This document shows positions 18,257 through 28,078 of a DNA stretch of 64,000 nt, piece after piece (the first letter of the stretch is position 1; each line of letters begins with the position of its first letter). The stretch lies in IMG/VR virus record IMGVR_UViG_2690315980_000001; one strand, written 5' to 3'. Both the position numbers and the translations under genes were made by a program. The notes beneath the pieces are model-generated. The model searched no databases, was not told the origin of the DNA, and saw only the letters and a program-made list of their open reading frames with translations. This DNA comes from a virus. Lineage: Duplodnaviria > Heunggongvirae > Uroviricota > Caudoviricetes.

Positions 18257-19523
18257 GGAATATAAAGTGATAACGATAGAAAACGGGCTGACATCAGACT
18301 ACCCTATAACGAAACACGCCTTGTTAGTAATTCAGGAACAAATTAATAGGAACCATAAAACAACTGAAGAACTCAAGATTATCATTAATAATGATGACTT
18401 AAAGAATGTAACAGCAAGCATTCGATACATCTCTGACAATGGAAATAAAATACCAGACTTTTGGGTTTCTAGTGAAATGCATTTAATCTTGAGTCAGGCT
18501 GTTGAAGAGGTTTTGTTCAAATACAAAGCATACAGAAATTGTAATCACGAACAGTTTATACCTGCGATTTCGCAGGAAGGGCGAATCTTTTCTGATGGTA
18601 CTTGCTCATGCTCAAAATGTGGGATTGTGACCACATCTGGTTTTGGTGAGAGAATTGGTACTACAAATACATTTAAGGTTAACCTATCATCAAGAAAGTA
18701 CGAAACCAGGTATGATTGGGGAAAAGTACACCTTCAAGCTGGCGAAAGCGGTATTGTTATATCAAGAGGAAAAGGTTCTTATATGACATCGTTTTTTGAG
18801 GCATTTCCTAAGGTTAGTGGATTTGGAACTTTTATTCGTGGAGAAGGTAAAGATATAGATGAAGCTGAGCAAAATGCATGGGATAAATTTCAGAAGCAAC
18901 TAGCATGTGTGGAACATCATTGGACTAGAAAAGTGCATGGCAGAGTTAGAACAGACGGCTATGCTCAGTGTGAACTCTGTGGTTTACGAGCCACTGCTCT
19001 TGAACCTACAACCAAATGCAGTAAATGTGAAAAAAATACAGCTAGAGAGTTTAGCGATGGATTTTTATGTGATGATCACTTCTACGAATTAACTTTCCAA
19101 GATTTCTTAGACGAAGAAAATCGAATAACTCTAGAATGGGATGACGATCTGGAGACTGAGAAGGAAATTCAGAACAAGAAGTTTGAAAATTTTGTTCGCG
19201 CTCATTTTATGGTATCGCTTAAGGATGCGTTTATTGCTAGCAATTACCGAGATGATAAGATAGATGATAAATTAATGAGGTTTTCGATACACTATTACAA
19301 CCACTTTAAGAGACATGTGTTTGGAACAAGACCATTTGAAAGCCTTCACACAGTACCAGCCACTGATAATCCAGATTTGATATTTAATTTGAAAATAATG
19401 AAAGACAATGTAAGTGATATTGTGAAACAAATTATGGATAAAGAAGAAAAGATTAGCTTTAAGAGACTAATCAATGATCTGATTCCTATGCCTGGGTATA
19501 TCAAGCCTAAAGATAACGCTTGA
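18237..19523 (+). CDS. hypothetical Cys-cluster (zinc-ribbon-like) protein, paralog of 17003..18256
   Basis: Tandem paralog whose start overlaps the upstream gene by 20 nt. The same conserved blocks are present. Confidence 0.55.
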   Translation: MLESKIEEYKVITIENGLTSDYPITKHALLVIQEQINRNHKTTEELKIIINNDDLKNVTASIRYISDNGNKIPDFWVSSEMHLILSQAVEEVLFKYKAYRNCNHEQFIPAISQEGRIFSDGTCSCSKCGIVTTSGFGERIGTTNTFKVNLSSRKYETRYDWGKVHLQAGESGIVISRGKGSYMTSFFEAFPKVSGFGTFIRGEGKDIDEAEQNAWDKFQKQLACVEHHWTRKVHGRVRTDGYAQCELCGLRATALEPTTKCSKCEKNTAREFSDGFLCDDHFYELTFQDFLDEENRITLEWDDDLETEKEIQNKKFENFVRAHFMVSLKDAFIASNYRDDKIDDKLMRFSIHYYNHFKRHVFGTRPFESLHTVPATDNPDLIFNLKIMKDNVSDIVKQIMDKEEKISFKRLINDLIPMPGYIKPKDNA

Positions 19524-19631
19524 TGTTGTTTTTTATTTGATTTATTATTGTGTCAATCCATTAAGTTTAGAGAAAATATGTATTATCTAAAAGACATCTT
19601 CTAGTAACAGTTACTCACTAGGAGATATAAG

Positions 19632-20030
19632 ATGGCAAATCGTCAACACACTGAGTTTTTTTGCAACCGTCCAGAGGCAAGAAAGAAATCGTATTTTGTT
19701 TATGAAGAACGAGTTACTAGTTTTTATGAATATGATGAAGATTTAGCTACTGGAGATATCGAAATTGACAAAGCTCTATTTCGAAATTACAGCTACACTA
19801 ACCACTTGGGCTTTAATCGCTCATATGGAAGAAAGCGATCAGCCAAAGGCGTAATGCAAGACTTAAGAACCAGAATGGGTCATGCGTTAGATTACCCTGA
19901 GTACAACTTCAAGCGTAAGAGAGTTTGTAAGTCATACTGGGATATTGCCGATGGAGACAGCTATGCATACAAGCTCCAAAATAACTGGAAAGGCAACAGT
20001 AAAAGAAAACACCAGTGGATTGCGAAATAA
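19632..20030 (+). CDS. hypothetical basic protein
   Basis: 132-aa Lys/Arg-rich ORF. A bidirectional terminator follows. Confidence 0.45.
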   Translation: MANRQHTEFFCNRPEARKKSYFVYEERVTSFYEYDEDLATGDIEIDKALFRNYSYTNHLGFNRSYGRKRSAKGVMQDLRTRMGHALDYPEYNFKRKRVCKSYWDIADGDSYAYKLQNNWKGNSKRKHQWIAK

Positions 20031-20057
20031 AAAAACCGAGCCTGGCTCGGTTTTTTA
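20030..20057. terminator. bidirectional rho-independent terminator
   Basis: CCGAGCC-t-GGCTCGG hairpin flanked by A7 and T6. Confidence 0.65.
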
Positions 20058-20065
20058 TTTATTCA

Positions 20066-20425
20066 TTAAACCAAGTATCTGAGTGCGTTTGGGTGAATTG
20101 ACACGTTTTCACCACAGATCTCTTGAAGAGCGACATCTTCAATAGACAATTCATTTTTAGCTAGCAATGAATCAAATCGCGATTTAAGCAGTCTATCTTC
20201 AATGACCATTTTTACAAGCTCCGTTGCATTATTAAAGAGAGTACATTTATCTTCCTTAACAAGTTCAAATTTGTAATCCTCTATTCTGACTGGAATAAAG
20301 TTACCATGTGAAGACATACCCGAATAAGGATCTTGTATAGCTTGTGCTCTTAAGAAAAAAGTCTCAACACCCACCTGAACTGCAAACACAAACTTTGTTT
20401 CTTTTCTAACCTTAAACTTTTCCAT
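20066..20425 (-). CDS. hypothetical protein
   Basis: 119-aa ORF. Confidence 0.45.
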   Translation of the reverse strand: MEKFKVRKETKFVFAVQVGVETFFLRAQAIQDPYSGMSSHGNFIPVRIEDYKFELVKEDKCTLFNNATELVKMVIEDRLLKSRFDSLLAKNELSIEDVALQEICGENVSIHPNALRYLV

Positions 20426-20514
20426 TTTTTACCATATTTATCTTATGTATAAACTAAAAGTATTTTCCATAATTTTTGATTTTATTTCAATAAGTTTTGT
20501 TATAATACCGATGA

Positions 20515-20790
20515 TTAGCTAAGAAATTTATCGACAACTTTTAGTAAAAAAGCAATCCAACCAAATCCTAAAATGGCTGAAATTAGCACATAAAATGCAA
20601 GTAATTTCCTTACATACAAAGTTTTGAAGTTCATTAGTATATATGATGTAAGAATTGCATTCAAAATGATTGCTGAGAATGACACACCTATGGGTATGCT
20701 TTGAAGTAAAACTGTCACTTTAATACCAATATCATTATTTAAACTAAGATTAACAAAATGAATGAACCACATAAAGTAATTGCTAAACAA
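20515..20790 (-). CDS. small membrane protein
   Basis: 91 aa, largely hydrophobic. Confidence 0.35.
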   Translation of the reverse strand: MFSNYFMWFIHFVNLSLNNDIGIKVTVLLQSIPIGVSFSAIILNAILTSYILMNFKTLYVRKLLAFYVLISAILGFGWIAFLLKVVDKFLS

Positions 20791-21030
20791 TACTTACAGA
20801 AAATTAAAGCATTCAAAACCTACGAGTGCAATCCAGAAGACCCTATGAGTAATAGTCACCTGTCATGGATGCTTCATGTAATTAGTTGTGAAATTTATGA
20901 CCCTGCACAAGAATCAGAAACCAAAATGAATCGTTGGCTTGGGTATGTACAAGGGGTAATGGTTGCGAAAGGGATGATCCAGGTCAATGAAGAAAGAGAC
21001 AGAACTAGAGCTATTTTCAACGGCAAATAA
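20758..21030 (+). CDS. hypothetical protein (uncertain; overlaps a minus-strand ORF)
   Basis: 90-aa ORF in a short plus-strand gap. Confidence 0.25.
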   Translation: MNEPHKVIAKQYLQKIKAFKTYECNPEDPMSNSHLSWMLHVISCEIYDPAQESETKMNRWLGYVQGVMVAKGMIQVNEERDRTRAIFNGK

Positions 21031-21057
21031 AAACTAAGAAAAATCTCATAAATAAAC

Positions 21058-21636
21058 TTAATGGCTCTTAAAACCAATTTCGTCCAGATGCCTTTGGAGA
21101 AAGAAAAACTCTGAAAAATGCTCAAACAGCCCTACATCTAAAGAGTTTATCTCAGAATTTTTCGTTCTTATTTTTAAGATGTCATAAAAAGTGAACAGCG
21201 AGCCTGAATCAATCATATTGAAATCGGAAATGTACATGTTTTTTATAAATTCTATTGCTTTAACCTCAGTACTAGGAAGCCCGTCAAGTTCCGCTGCAAG
21301 TATTTCTCTAAGTTTCACACTTGTTTCTACATAAAGATTGAATTCACATTCATAATCTTCATCGTTTATGAATTTTTCAGTATCTGGCTTTAGTTCAACA
21401 AAACCATTTTCAAAATTAAAGACTCTTTCAAAAGCGGCTTCTTTAATGTTCTCTATAAATCTAAGATTTTGGTCAATAATCTCAAATTCTATTAATGTAT
21501 TGTTTGGAGTTCCAGTAGCGTACAAAACCTTACATTCCATATGAAAAATAAATAGATTGCATAACTCTACCGAAAGCTTTCCGTAGCGCTCAAGAAGCTT
21601 TGCCAAAGAATACCAGTTCGCATGATTTCTGTTCAT
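21058..21636 (-). CDS. hypothetical protein
   Basis: 192-aa ORF. Confidence 0.5.
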   Translation of the reverse strand: MNRNHANWYSLAKLLERYGKLSVELCNLFIFHMECKVLYATGTPNNTLIEFEIIDQNLRFIENIKEAAFERVFNFENGFVELKPDTEKFINDEDYECEFNLYVETSVKLREILAAELDGLPSTEVKAIEFIKNMYISDFNMIDSGSLFTFYDILKIRTKNSEINSLDVGLFEHFSEFFFLQRHLDEIGFKSH

Positions 21637-21703
21637 TTTTCATTCCAATTCATAATTGATTTGGGTAACATACTATCAATATTAATTAATTGAGTAAATA
21701 AAA

Positions 21704-22078
21704 ATGGAAAGTCTAGTAGATAACTCTAAAAAGAAAGTTCCATGCTTCATAGATGAATTTAGCTATTCAAAATCAGAGCAATCTGCTTACTATAGAATGC
21801 GAATGCTGCTAACACTTACTAGCAACGGCTGGAATGTTGGAGAGGCATACAATGACCGCTATATGACTATCGTTGGGGGAAATTGCACTTATTTAACGAT
21901 GGCAAAAGACGGACAAACTCACACTAGTTATTCTGAGAGAGAGTCATCTATCTTTGATTCCGTTGAAAATACCTCATATTCAGCAAAAGAAGCTGAAACT
22001 ATTCCTGCTCTTCATAGTTGCTTAGCAAGATTAAGAGAAAGAGAATCAGAATACGCGAGACATAAAGAAGCACATTGA
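21704..22078 (+). CDS. hypothetical protein
   Basis: 124-aa ORF. Confidence 0.45.
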   Translation: MESLVDNSKKKVPCFIDEFSYSKSEQSAYYRMRMLLTLTSNGWNVGEAYNDRYMTIVGGNCTYLTMAKDGQTHTSYSERESSIFDSVENTSYSAKEAETIPALHSCLARLRERESEYARHKEAH

Positions 22079-22102
22079 TATTGGAGAAACATAGTTTCTC
22101 CT

Positions 22103-23113
22103 TTACCTGTCAAGACTACGTTCATTTGACAGTGTCATGCCAAACTCTGAGGTAATGATGATTTGGTCTTCTCTAAATACTATGTAGCTATCTACACCTG
22201 TATCTTCAACTTCATTTTTATATATGATGCCATCTATGCCCATATCGAGGAATATTCTCTTTAGCTGAGAGTACTTATCCTCTAGATTCGACTGTGACAT
22301 GATTTTATCAACCTGAAATGAATCTAATTTTGCCTCTCTAGCAATATCTAAAGGAGACCAAACACCAAGATCGCTCATCCTTATGGGGTTCCGTAAAATC
22401 AAGTTTGCACGTTTAATAACGGATTCTTTCACAAGCTTGGCAGCACAAGATGCAACATTACGATCTTCTGTGGAAAGTATTGTTGTTCCATTAGCTAACA
22501 CGTTGAATTGAGGCTTTTTACCAATATTAACAAGCATGGCATGATACTTGTCAGTTATTGGAAGATTTGTGTGGCTATCAATCTCATGCTTAAGCTCTTC
22601 ATCTGACAATGAATTAATAATGTCTACTATGCCAGGCTTTGGGTGCTGTAATCTTGGTATGATTATAGCTTTAGCTTTTACCCTTAGATCTGTAGAATTT
22701 TCGTCGCCTACTCTTATCCCAAATGGACTTTCAGAAGAAAACTCTTCTCTTTCAATTGATACATCCATTCTTGGAATGCTTTTTAGTCGCTTCAATGCGG
22801 CTGATTTTGTTCCAAAATGAAAACCAATATCAGATGAATGCTCAAAGCTAGAGAAGAATTCATTAGTTCCGTGGTACACATTTCTAATGTTCGCTAACTT
22901 ACAATTTTCCTTCCATTTTTCAATATAGTCATTGGCTATATTAGATAGGTTACAATATATTACAGGGTTGTCAGTATTTCCACCTGCTATAAGATCATAT
23001 CCGATGTCTTTAGCAAGCTCCTTTATTTCCTCTGATACCACATTTTTTATGAATAAAACTTTTGGCGCTGTCACTTTAAATCTCCAGTTTTGCATGTATA
23101 CATTATACCACAC
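22103..23113 (-). CDS. hypothetical protein with Y-H-G-T motif (possible H-Y-E class ADP-ribosyltransferase-like fold; tentative)
   Basis: RNVYHGTNEFF resembles the diphtheria-toxin/Tpt1 YHGT NAD-binding motif. A second FHFGT follows. No other support. Confidence 0.5.
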   Translation of the reverse strand: MWYNVYMQNWRFKVTAPKVLFIKNVVSEEIKELAKDIGYDLIAGGNTDNPVIYCNLSNIANDYIEKWKENCKLANIRNVYHGTNEFFSSFEHSSDIGFHFGTKSAALKRLKSIPRMDVSIEREEFSSESPFGIRVGDENSTDLRVKAKAIIIPRLQHPKPGIVDIINSLSDEELKHEIDSHTNLPITDKYHAMLVNIGKKPQFNVLANGTTILSTEDRNVASCAAKLVKESVIKRANLILRNPIRMSDLGVWSPLDIAREAKLDSFQVDKIMSQSNLEDKYSQLKRIFLDMGIDGIIYKNEVEDTGVDSYIVFREDQIIITSEFGMTLSNERSLDR

Positions 23114-23195
23114 CTGATTAAGTCATGGTAAAGCATTTACCTTAATTCTTAATAGTGTATTATGTGATAAAGAAAATCATCAAAAGGAAATTAAA

Positions 23196-24305
23196 ATGAA
23201 ATCATTATATATACATAGTAAGTTGTCAGAAGATAACGACTCTAAGCTATTAAAAAGGCTCTTTTCATCAAACAACAAAAACAAGCTAGAGAAGATAGAT
23301 AGTGAAGAAAACTCTATTTATGTCTATAGCAAATCTCCAGAATCAAAATACAGGGCTATTTCGTATGCGGTATCAAAGTCGTATTCAAAACAACTAGATG
23401 CGCATTTTATTCTAGATTTTGACACGGATGCTGACTTATTGTTTTCAGTTGCACTAGCAGCGTCAAGAAACTGCGCTAACCCTAAGAATGTATATGTGTT
23501 TGATCATGCAATCAGCGCCACCTCTAAATCCCATAAAGTAAATATATCACCTTACGTATCATTTACTTCATTATTGCGTTCCGATAAATACTCAAAAACG
23601 ACCAATCAATGGCTAGACTCATTTAATTCTTTACAAAGTGAGTTCCCTTGGCTTTTAACTGAGAATGAAGAAATCACGGATTTCGAGAAAATTGAGATAT
23701 TCAAAAATTATTTAATTCTAAAAAGTGAAAATATCTCATCTTCATACTTCAATGAAAGTGATGAATCATGGGGAGATACTTTAAGTGATTCTAAATCAAT
23801 ATATTTAATACGAATGCCTTCATCACTAGAAAATGTTGAAAGAAGAGATTTAATTAATCCAATGATTATTAACTTGATTGAAAAACTATCTAGAATTAAT
23901 GACTTGAAAATAGGGTTAACTATTTATGGTTTTGAGCGTGTTAGAAACCACCAACTAGAAAAGTTAATTATTGATCTTCAGATTCAATCAAAAACTTTTA
24001 TTGAGTGTGATGTTGTATTAGACAATGATGAATATAATCCAAGATTTTGTGATAGATTGATGTCAACAAGTCCTGAAATTATTCTCGATAAGGTTGATGA
24101 GGTTCGTTTTATTAAAAATCTTAACGTACCATATTTATTCACACATAATTCCATTGTAAAGCTCGATAAAAAGGCCAATGAAACGGAAGAGTCAAAGTAT
24201 GATAAGAGCACGATTAAAGAGTCAAAACTTCCTATATATGACCCTAGCAAGGCATATCTAAAGTTATTGACGCCTATAGATCAGAATGAAGTAATAGAGT
24301 TATAA
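23196..24305 (+). CDS. hypothetical protein
   Basis: 369-aa ORF followed by a hairpin terminator. Confidence 0.55.
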   Translation: MKSLYIHSKLSEDNDSKLLKRLFSSNNKNKLEKIDSEENSIYVYSKSPESKYRAISYAVSKSYSKQLDAHFILDFDTDADLLFSVALAASRNCANPKNVYVFDHAISATSKSHKVNISPYVSFTSLLRSDKYSKTTNQWLDSFNSLQSEFPWLLTENEEITDFEKIEIFKNYLILKSENISSSYFNESDESWGDTLSDSKSIYLIRMPSSLENVERRDLINPMIINLIEKLSRINDLKIGLTIYGFERVRNHQLEKLIIDLQIQSKTFIECDVVLDNDEYNPRFCDRLMSTSPEIILDKVDEVRFIKNLNVPYLFTHNSIVKLDKKANETEESKYDKSTIKESKLPIYDPSKAYLKLLTPIDQNEVIEL

Positions 24306-24309
24306 ATTG

Positions 24310-24342
24310 AAGCCTTTAACCTGATGGTTAAAGGCTTTTTTA
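24310..24342 (+). terminator. rho-independent terminator
   Basis: AAGCCTTTAACC-N4-GGTTAAAGGCTT hairpin followed by TTTTTT. Confidence 0.6.
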
Positions 24343-24648
24343 TTAACAATGTAATTCAACTAACTCATTCCATTCTGGATCACCATCAAACCAACCATTA
24401 CCATCCAGGTCTAGCCCTGCCATATCTAGCTCATACAATATCTTACATGAAGAAATTTTGATTGCTTCCTCACCATCTAAGGATATCAGTTCGGATAAGT
24501 CTGTAGGGTTATCAGCCCATCCATTTCCATAAACAGATAAACCTTCATTTTCCAAAAGGTCATAAATTTTTTCGCTTATAACCTCTTTAGGTAGGTTATC
24601 TTCCGAGCTTTTTTTGATTAAATTTTCAACTTTACTTCTTAGAGTCAT
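24343..24648 (-). CDS. small acidic hypothetical protein overlapping the upstream protease gene
   Basis: 101 aa, Asp/Glu-rich with a repeated GNGW motif. Its start overlaps the stop of the protease ORF by 17 nt. Confidence 0.45.
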   Translation of the reverse strand: MTLRSKVENLIKKSSEDNLPKEVISEKIYDLLENEGLSVYGNGWADNPTDLSELISLDGEEAIKISSCKILYELDMAGLDLDGNGWFDGDPEWNELVELHC

Positions 24649-25330
24649 CTTTATTAATCCTTGCGGTTACATCTTTGTATTTAACACAATATTTAACACC
24701 TGTTACTTTTTCGATCCATTGTCCAACTTCTTCAGTACAGACTGGCGTATAAGCTGTTCTTCTATCCGCCTCTTTAAGTGGTTTTGAACCCTCATTGAGT
24801 TCCACACTCCAAACAATAGCCTGATTTATCCCTATTAACTCTTCATTTGAATTATATACAGCGCCTCCAGACATTCCAGCCCAAACAGGTGCGTTGGTTA
24901 ATCCAACTGTGCAGTTATCTACAGTCAAGTATTGTAAGAATTCTCCCTCACTTTTAGCGGGGATAGCCAAAAAGCTTCCATAGCCCTTATGCGTAACTTT
25001 CTCTTCTTCATTCACTAGTTTGAAGTTTACTGGAGTGTCAATTTCGCCTTTATCCTTAATTAGAGCAATATCGCACAACGGGTGTTCATAAACATCATCA
25101 AACATAATAAAAAATGCGTTATGTTTTGCTGTCAGAAGCCAATTTTCATCAATTCGTACTGCGCTACCTTGCATTGCTAATACACCTGGCACACCCAAAA
25201 ACTTAAGATCAACATTATCCATTTCTGTCGTTGGTGTAACTAAACCATTACCTGCACAGCCTGTAAGCATAAGACTTGATACGAGGGGTATAGTAATTAT
25301 CACATTTCTTATTTTTTTATTAATTTTCAT
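24632..25330 (-). CDS. trypsin-like (S1 family) serine peptidase lipoprotein
   Basis: Lipobox LMLTGCAG. Catalytic-triad context LTAKHN (His), CDIALIKD (Asp) and GMSGGAVY (Ser). Confidence 0.55.
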   Translation of the reverse strand: MKINKKIRNVIITIPLVSSLMLTGCAGNGLVTPTTEMDNVDLKFLGVPGVLAMQGSAVRIDENWLLTAKHNAFFIMFDDVYEHPLCDIALIKDKGEIDTPVNFKLVNEEEKVTHKGYGSFLAIPAKSEGEFLQYLTVDNCTVGLTNAPVWAGMSGGAVYNSNEELIGINQAIVWSVELNEGSKPLKEADRRTAYTPVCTEEVGQWIEKVTGVKYCVKYKDVTARINKDDSKK

Positions 25331-25522
25331 AACCAGACTTTTTATTGTTTATTTTTAATCCGATTATATTCGTAAAATATCATATTAAAAGCTTTTTCTT
25401 TTTATTTTTTTAATTGCTTAAATATTATTTAAATAATATCCTTTCTAGCTTTTAAGTGAACCCTTTATTTTCAACAAGTTATTTGGTAAGTTAGAATTCT
25501 AAATAAAAAAATGAGCTAAACA

Positions 25523-25858
25523 ATGCGACGAAAACGTAAAAAGAACTATCCTCTTTCAGGTGGTTATTATATTAATAAAGAAAATAATTCTCAGTTTAAG
25601 GTCAGAACCGTACTCTTCCACAAGCTATATAGTGTGCTTATCGACAACAACAAGATCCGCATAGAAGAAACGCTAACTGACGGAACTATCGACTACGTTG
25701 GCGAATTTACAACTTCAGATTTTCTCAATCAGCTAACACCTTCAATCCCAATTGAGTCTTCCTTCAATAATCCTCAAATTGCAATGGCAGTACACCTTGC
25801 TATTCATGGGATCCTTAGCGGTAAAGATTCACCTGAACGCATTGAGGGTTGGGTATAA
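25523..25858 (+). CDS. hypothetical protein
   Basis: 111-aa ORF. Confidence 0.4.
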   Translation: MRRKRKKNYPLSGGYYINKENNSQFKVRTVLFHKLYSVLIDNNKIRIEETLTDGTIDYVGEFTTSDFLNQLTPSIPIESSFNNPQIAMAVHLAIHGILSGKDSPERIEGWV

Positions 25859-25879
25859 AAAAGCCGCTCTAAGAGCGGC
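25857..25879 (-). terminator. rho-independent terminator
   Basis: GCCGCTC-taa-GAGCGGC hairpin with an A-run upstream on the plus strand. Confidence 0.5.
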
Positions 25880-25893
25880 TCAAATCCAATAGT

Positions 25894-26793
25894 TTATGCT
25901 CTTTCGTTGTAGAGTTTTCTTGATATTCCATCGGGAAACTGAGAAAGGAAAATAGACTCTTCTTCAGCAACTTTACATAATCCAAGCTCATGCTGAGTAC
26001 TGAGGAACTCATCAGGATCGTACTTTAAAACGTGTGTTAACGGTGTATAGTGGTAGGAGTTTTCGCCCTTAATGATGCCAACAGCATGAGTTCTTTCAAT
26101 ATTCATATCCTGAACATCCACCACCGCAACCTGAGGAAGAAATTGTCTGTTGTGAGCGTGGTCATTGAACTCAATTTTGAATTCATGCCCTTTATTGATG
26201 CTCTGTACGTGGTAAACAACAATGTCCTTTCGTGTAAACATTAAGTCTGAAAGGCTTAAATACGAACTTTCTAGATGTACGAGTGTTCCATACGCATAAC
26301 GTAAATCTGGATTATTCAACCTAATCGTTATCGAACGGTTTTTCTCATCAACATTTGAGACCAAAAAAAGGTTAGGAATCTCATAATTGTCTGCATAATT
26401 AATGATTTCTTCTGAGGCTTCTTTTAGACGATCAATGGATTCGTCAACAGCGGGATACCAGGATATCATTTCGATATACTTCAGGATTTCACCTTTAGCA
26501 CTGCTATCAATTTCCCCAAGCAGTGTTCTCTTAATAGAGTCCCTAATGTTGCGCCATTCTGAATTGGATTCAGCACAAAAACAGTCCATGAAAATTGGGG
26601 TTTCATGCTTTTTAGCATCAGCACTCAAATCGTTGAACGATCCAAATTTCAATCCAACAGCAATACGATCTTGCAGCTCATTTAATTTTAGGGTTAACAA
26701 TGGTTCATATTGATGAAATTTGATTGCTTTTCTAAGTAGTTGAATACCACGTTTCAATGCTGGGATTTGAGAAGTTGAGTAGGATTTACGCAT
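25894..26793 (-). CDS. hypothetical protein
   Basis: 299-aa ORF. Confidence 0.55.
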   Translation of the reverse strand: MRKSYSTSQIPALKRGIQLLRKAIKFHQYEPLLTLKLNELQDRIAVGLKFGSFNDLSADAKKHETPIFMDCFCAESNSEWRNIRDSIKRTLLGEIDSSAKGEILKYIEMISWYPAVDESIDRLKEASEEIINYADNYEIPNLFLVSNVDEKNRSITIRLNNPDLRYAYGTLVHLESSYLSLSDLMFTRKDIVVYHVQSINKGHEFKIEFNDHAHNRQFLPQVAVVDVQDMNIERTHAVGIIKGENSYHYTPLTHVLKYDPDEFLSTQHELGLCKVAEEESIFLSQFPDGISRKLYNERA

Positions 26794-26997
26794 TTCAATA
26801 CCTTTTAGCTATGCGCGGCATTTTGAATTATACAGTTGCTAAGGAAACCGAAAGCCGCTAAATAAAAGATATATAACGACCATTTAATGAACTTTGTATT
26901 CGCTATCATTTACTGACACCTTAACGCTAGACTTGTTCTAAAGCCTCAAATCATAATATAATGTAACAATCAAAAGTCAACACAAATAAAACATAAA

Positions 26998-27456
26998 ATG
27001 AATGAAATCAAGAGAATTATTGATGAATTTGGGAATAACCAATCAATTTCATTAAGAAAATTAGAGTTAATCTTATACTTATATGATTGGTATTCATGCT
27101 TAAAAAACGGGGTTAAGCGCACCGATATTGAGTGGGAATATGAGCATGGCAGTATTAAATCAAACCTAAAAGATGTGTTACTTCGAAGTTGTTTAGGCGC
27201 TCAATTCACTATTAGGATTTACTCAGAATTGAGTAAGCTTGGTACAGTCTCATATGTAGAACTTGGAACTAGCGAAAACACTGCTGAATTTGACAACGTT
27301 CTTTATTATTTGTCACAAAAATTGAAACACGCACTATTCAATGATATTGTTCATCTTGTAGAAAGTTCATACCCGCTAAACTCCCCAACAATATATAAGA
27401 AGTTGAATCTACCCTTGTTGGCATCAGAGTTTAGGGAGACAATCAAGCCTGCATAG
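26998..27456 (+). CDS. hypothetical protein
   Basis: 152-aa ORF. Confidence 0.45.
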   Translation: MNEIKRIIDEFGNNQSISLRKLELILYLYDWYSCLKNGVKRTDIEWEYEHGSIKSNLKDVLLRSCLGAQFTIRIYSELSKLGTVSYVELGTSENTAEFDNVLYYLSQKLKHALFNDIVHLVESSYPLNSPTIYKKLNLPLLASEFRETIKPA

Positions 27457-27484
27457 AGCAGGCTTGTTATATGAAAATGTGAAA

Positions 27485-27787
27485 TTAGTGTTCTTGTCCG
27501 CATGGGCAAGAGTACCATTCCGCTTTATCTGGAGTCATATCAGGAACAAATTCCATTTTGTCTGAAAGGAACATTGCTGCTTCAATCATAATATCAGCTA
27601 TTGAAGGTTTATACTCAACAGCGTAGTCACCATGAGCTGCGACAGCGGCTTTATAAGATGGCAAGTGAGTCCATAGATCGTACCCAGCATTCTCCTGACG
27701 GTCAAAGTCCTTTGCCAAGTCAGAAAATAGTTTTTTAGCTTCTTGACCAGATTCTGCAAGCCTTTTAACAGTATCGACATTTTTCAT
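27485..27787 (-). CDS. hypothetical protein
   Basis: 100-aa ORF with a C-terminal CPCG motif. Confidence 0.45.
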   Translation of the reverse strand: MKNVDTVKRLAESGQEAKKLFSDLAKDFDRQENAGYDLWTHLPSYKAAVAAHGDYAVEYKPSIADIMIEAAMFLSDKMEFVPDMTPDKAEWYSCPCGQEH

Positions 27788-27797
27788 TATCTAATCC

Positions 27798-28064
27798 TTA
27801 GCTACTTTTCAATTCAGGAGGGAGATTCGCTATGACAGCTTGTTCTCTTCCATGTACGGTGCTCAGATCAAACTTCGGTCTTTTTGAAAGTTCCGCAATT
27901 TGATCGTGTTGAATACAGTACAACTCTGCAAGCTCTTTTACAATATCTTCAAGATTTTCTGATTTTAACTGACAATTCAGAGAGTTATCTTCAGATCTTG
28001 AGATCGTTATTTGGTCTGTATTTAAAACTATGTTCTGTGATTTTGCGATTGTAATTGAAGACAT
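27798..28064 (-). CDS. hypothetical protein
   Basis: 88-aa ORF. Confidence 0.4.
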   Translation of the reverse strand: MSSITIAKSQNIVLNTDQITISRSEDNSLNCQLKSENLEDIVKELAELYCIQHDQIAELSKRPKFDLSTVHGREQAVIANLPPELKSS

Positions 28065-28078
28065 TTTCTACCCCTTAA

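Noticed and set aside
20895-21125. 76-aa minus-strand ORF
   Set aside because: It overlaps both the 20758..21030 plus-strand ORF and the start region of 21058..21636. Its composition is hydrophobic and low-complexity and it has no RBS-like context.
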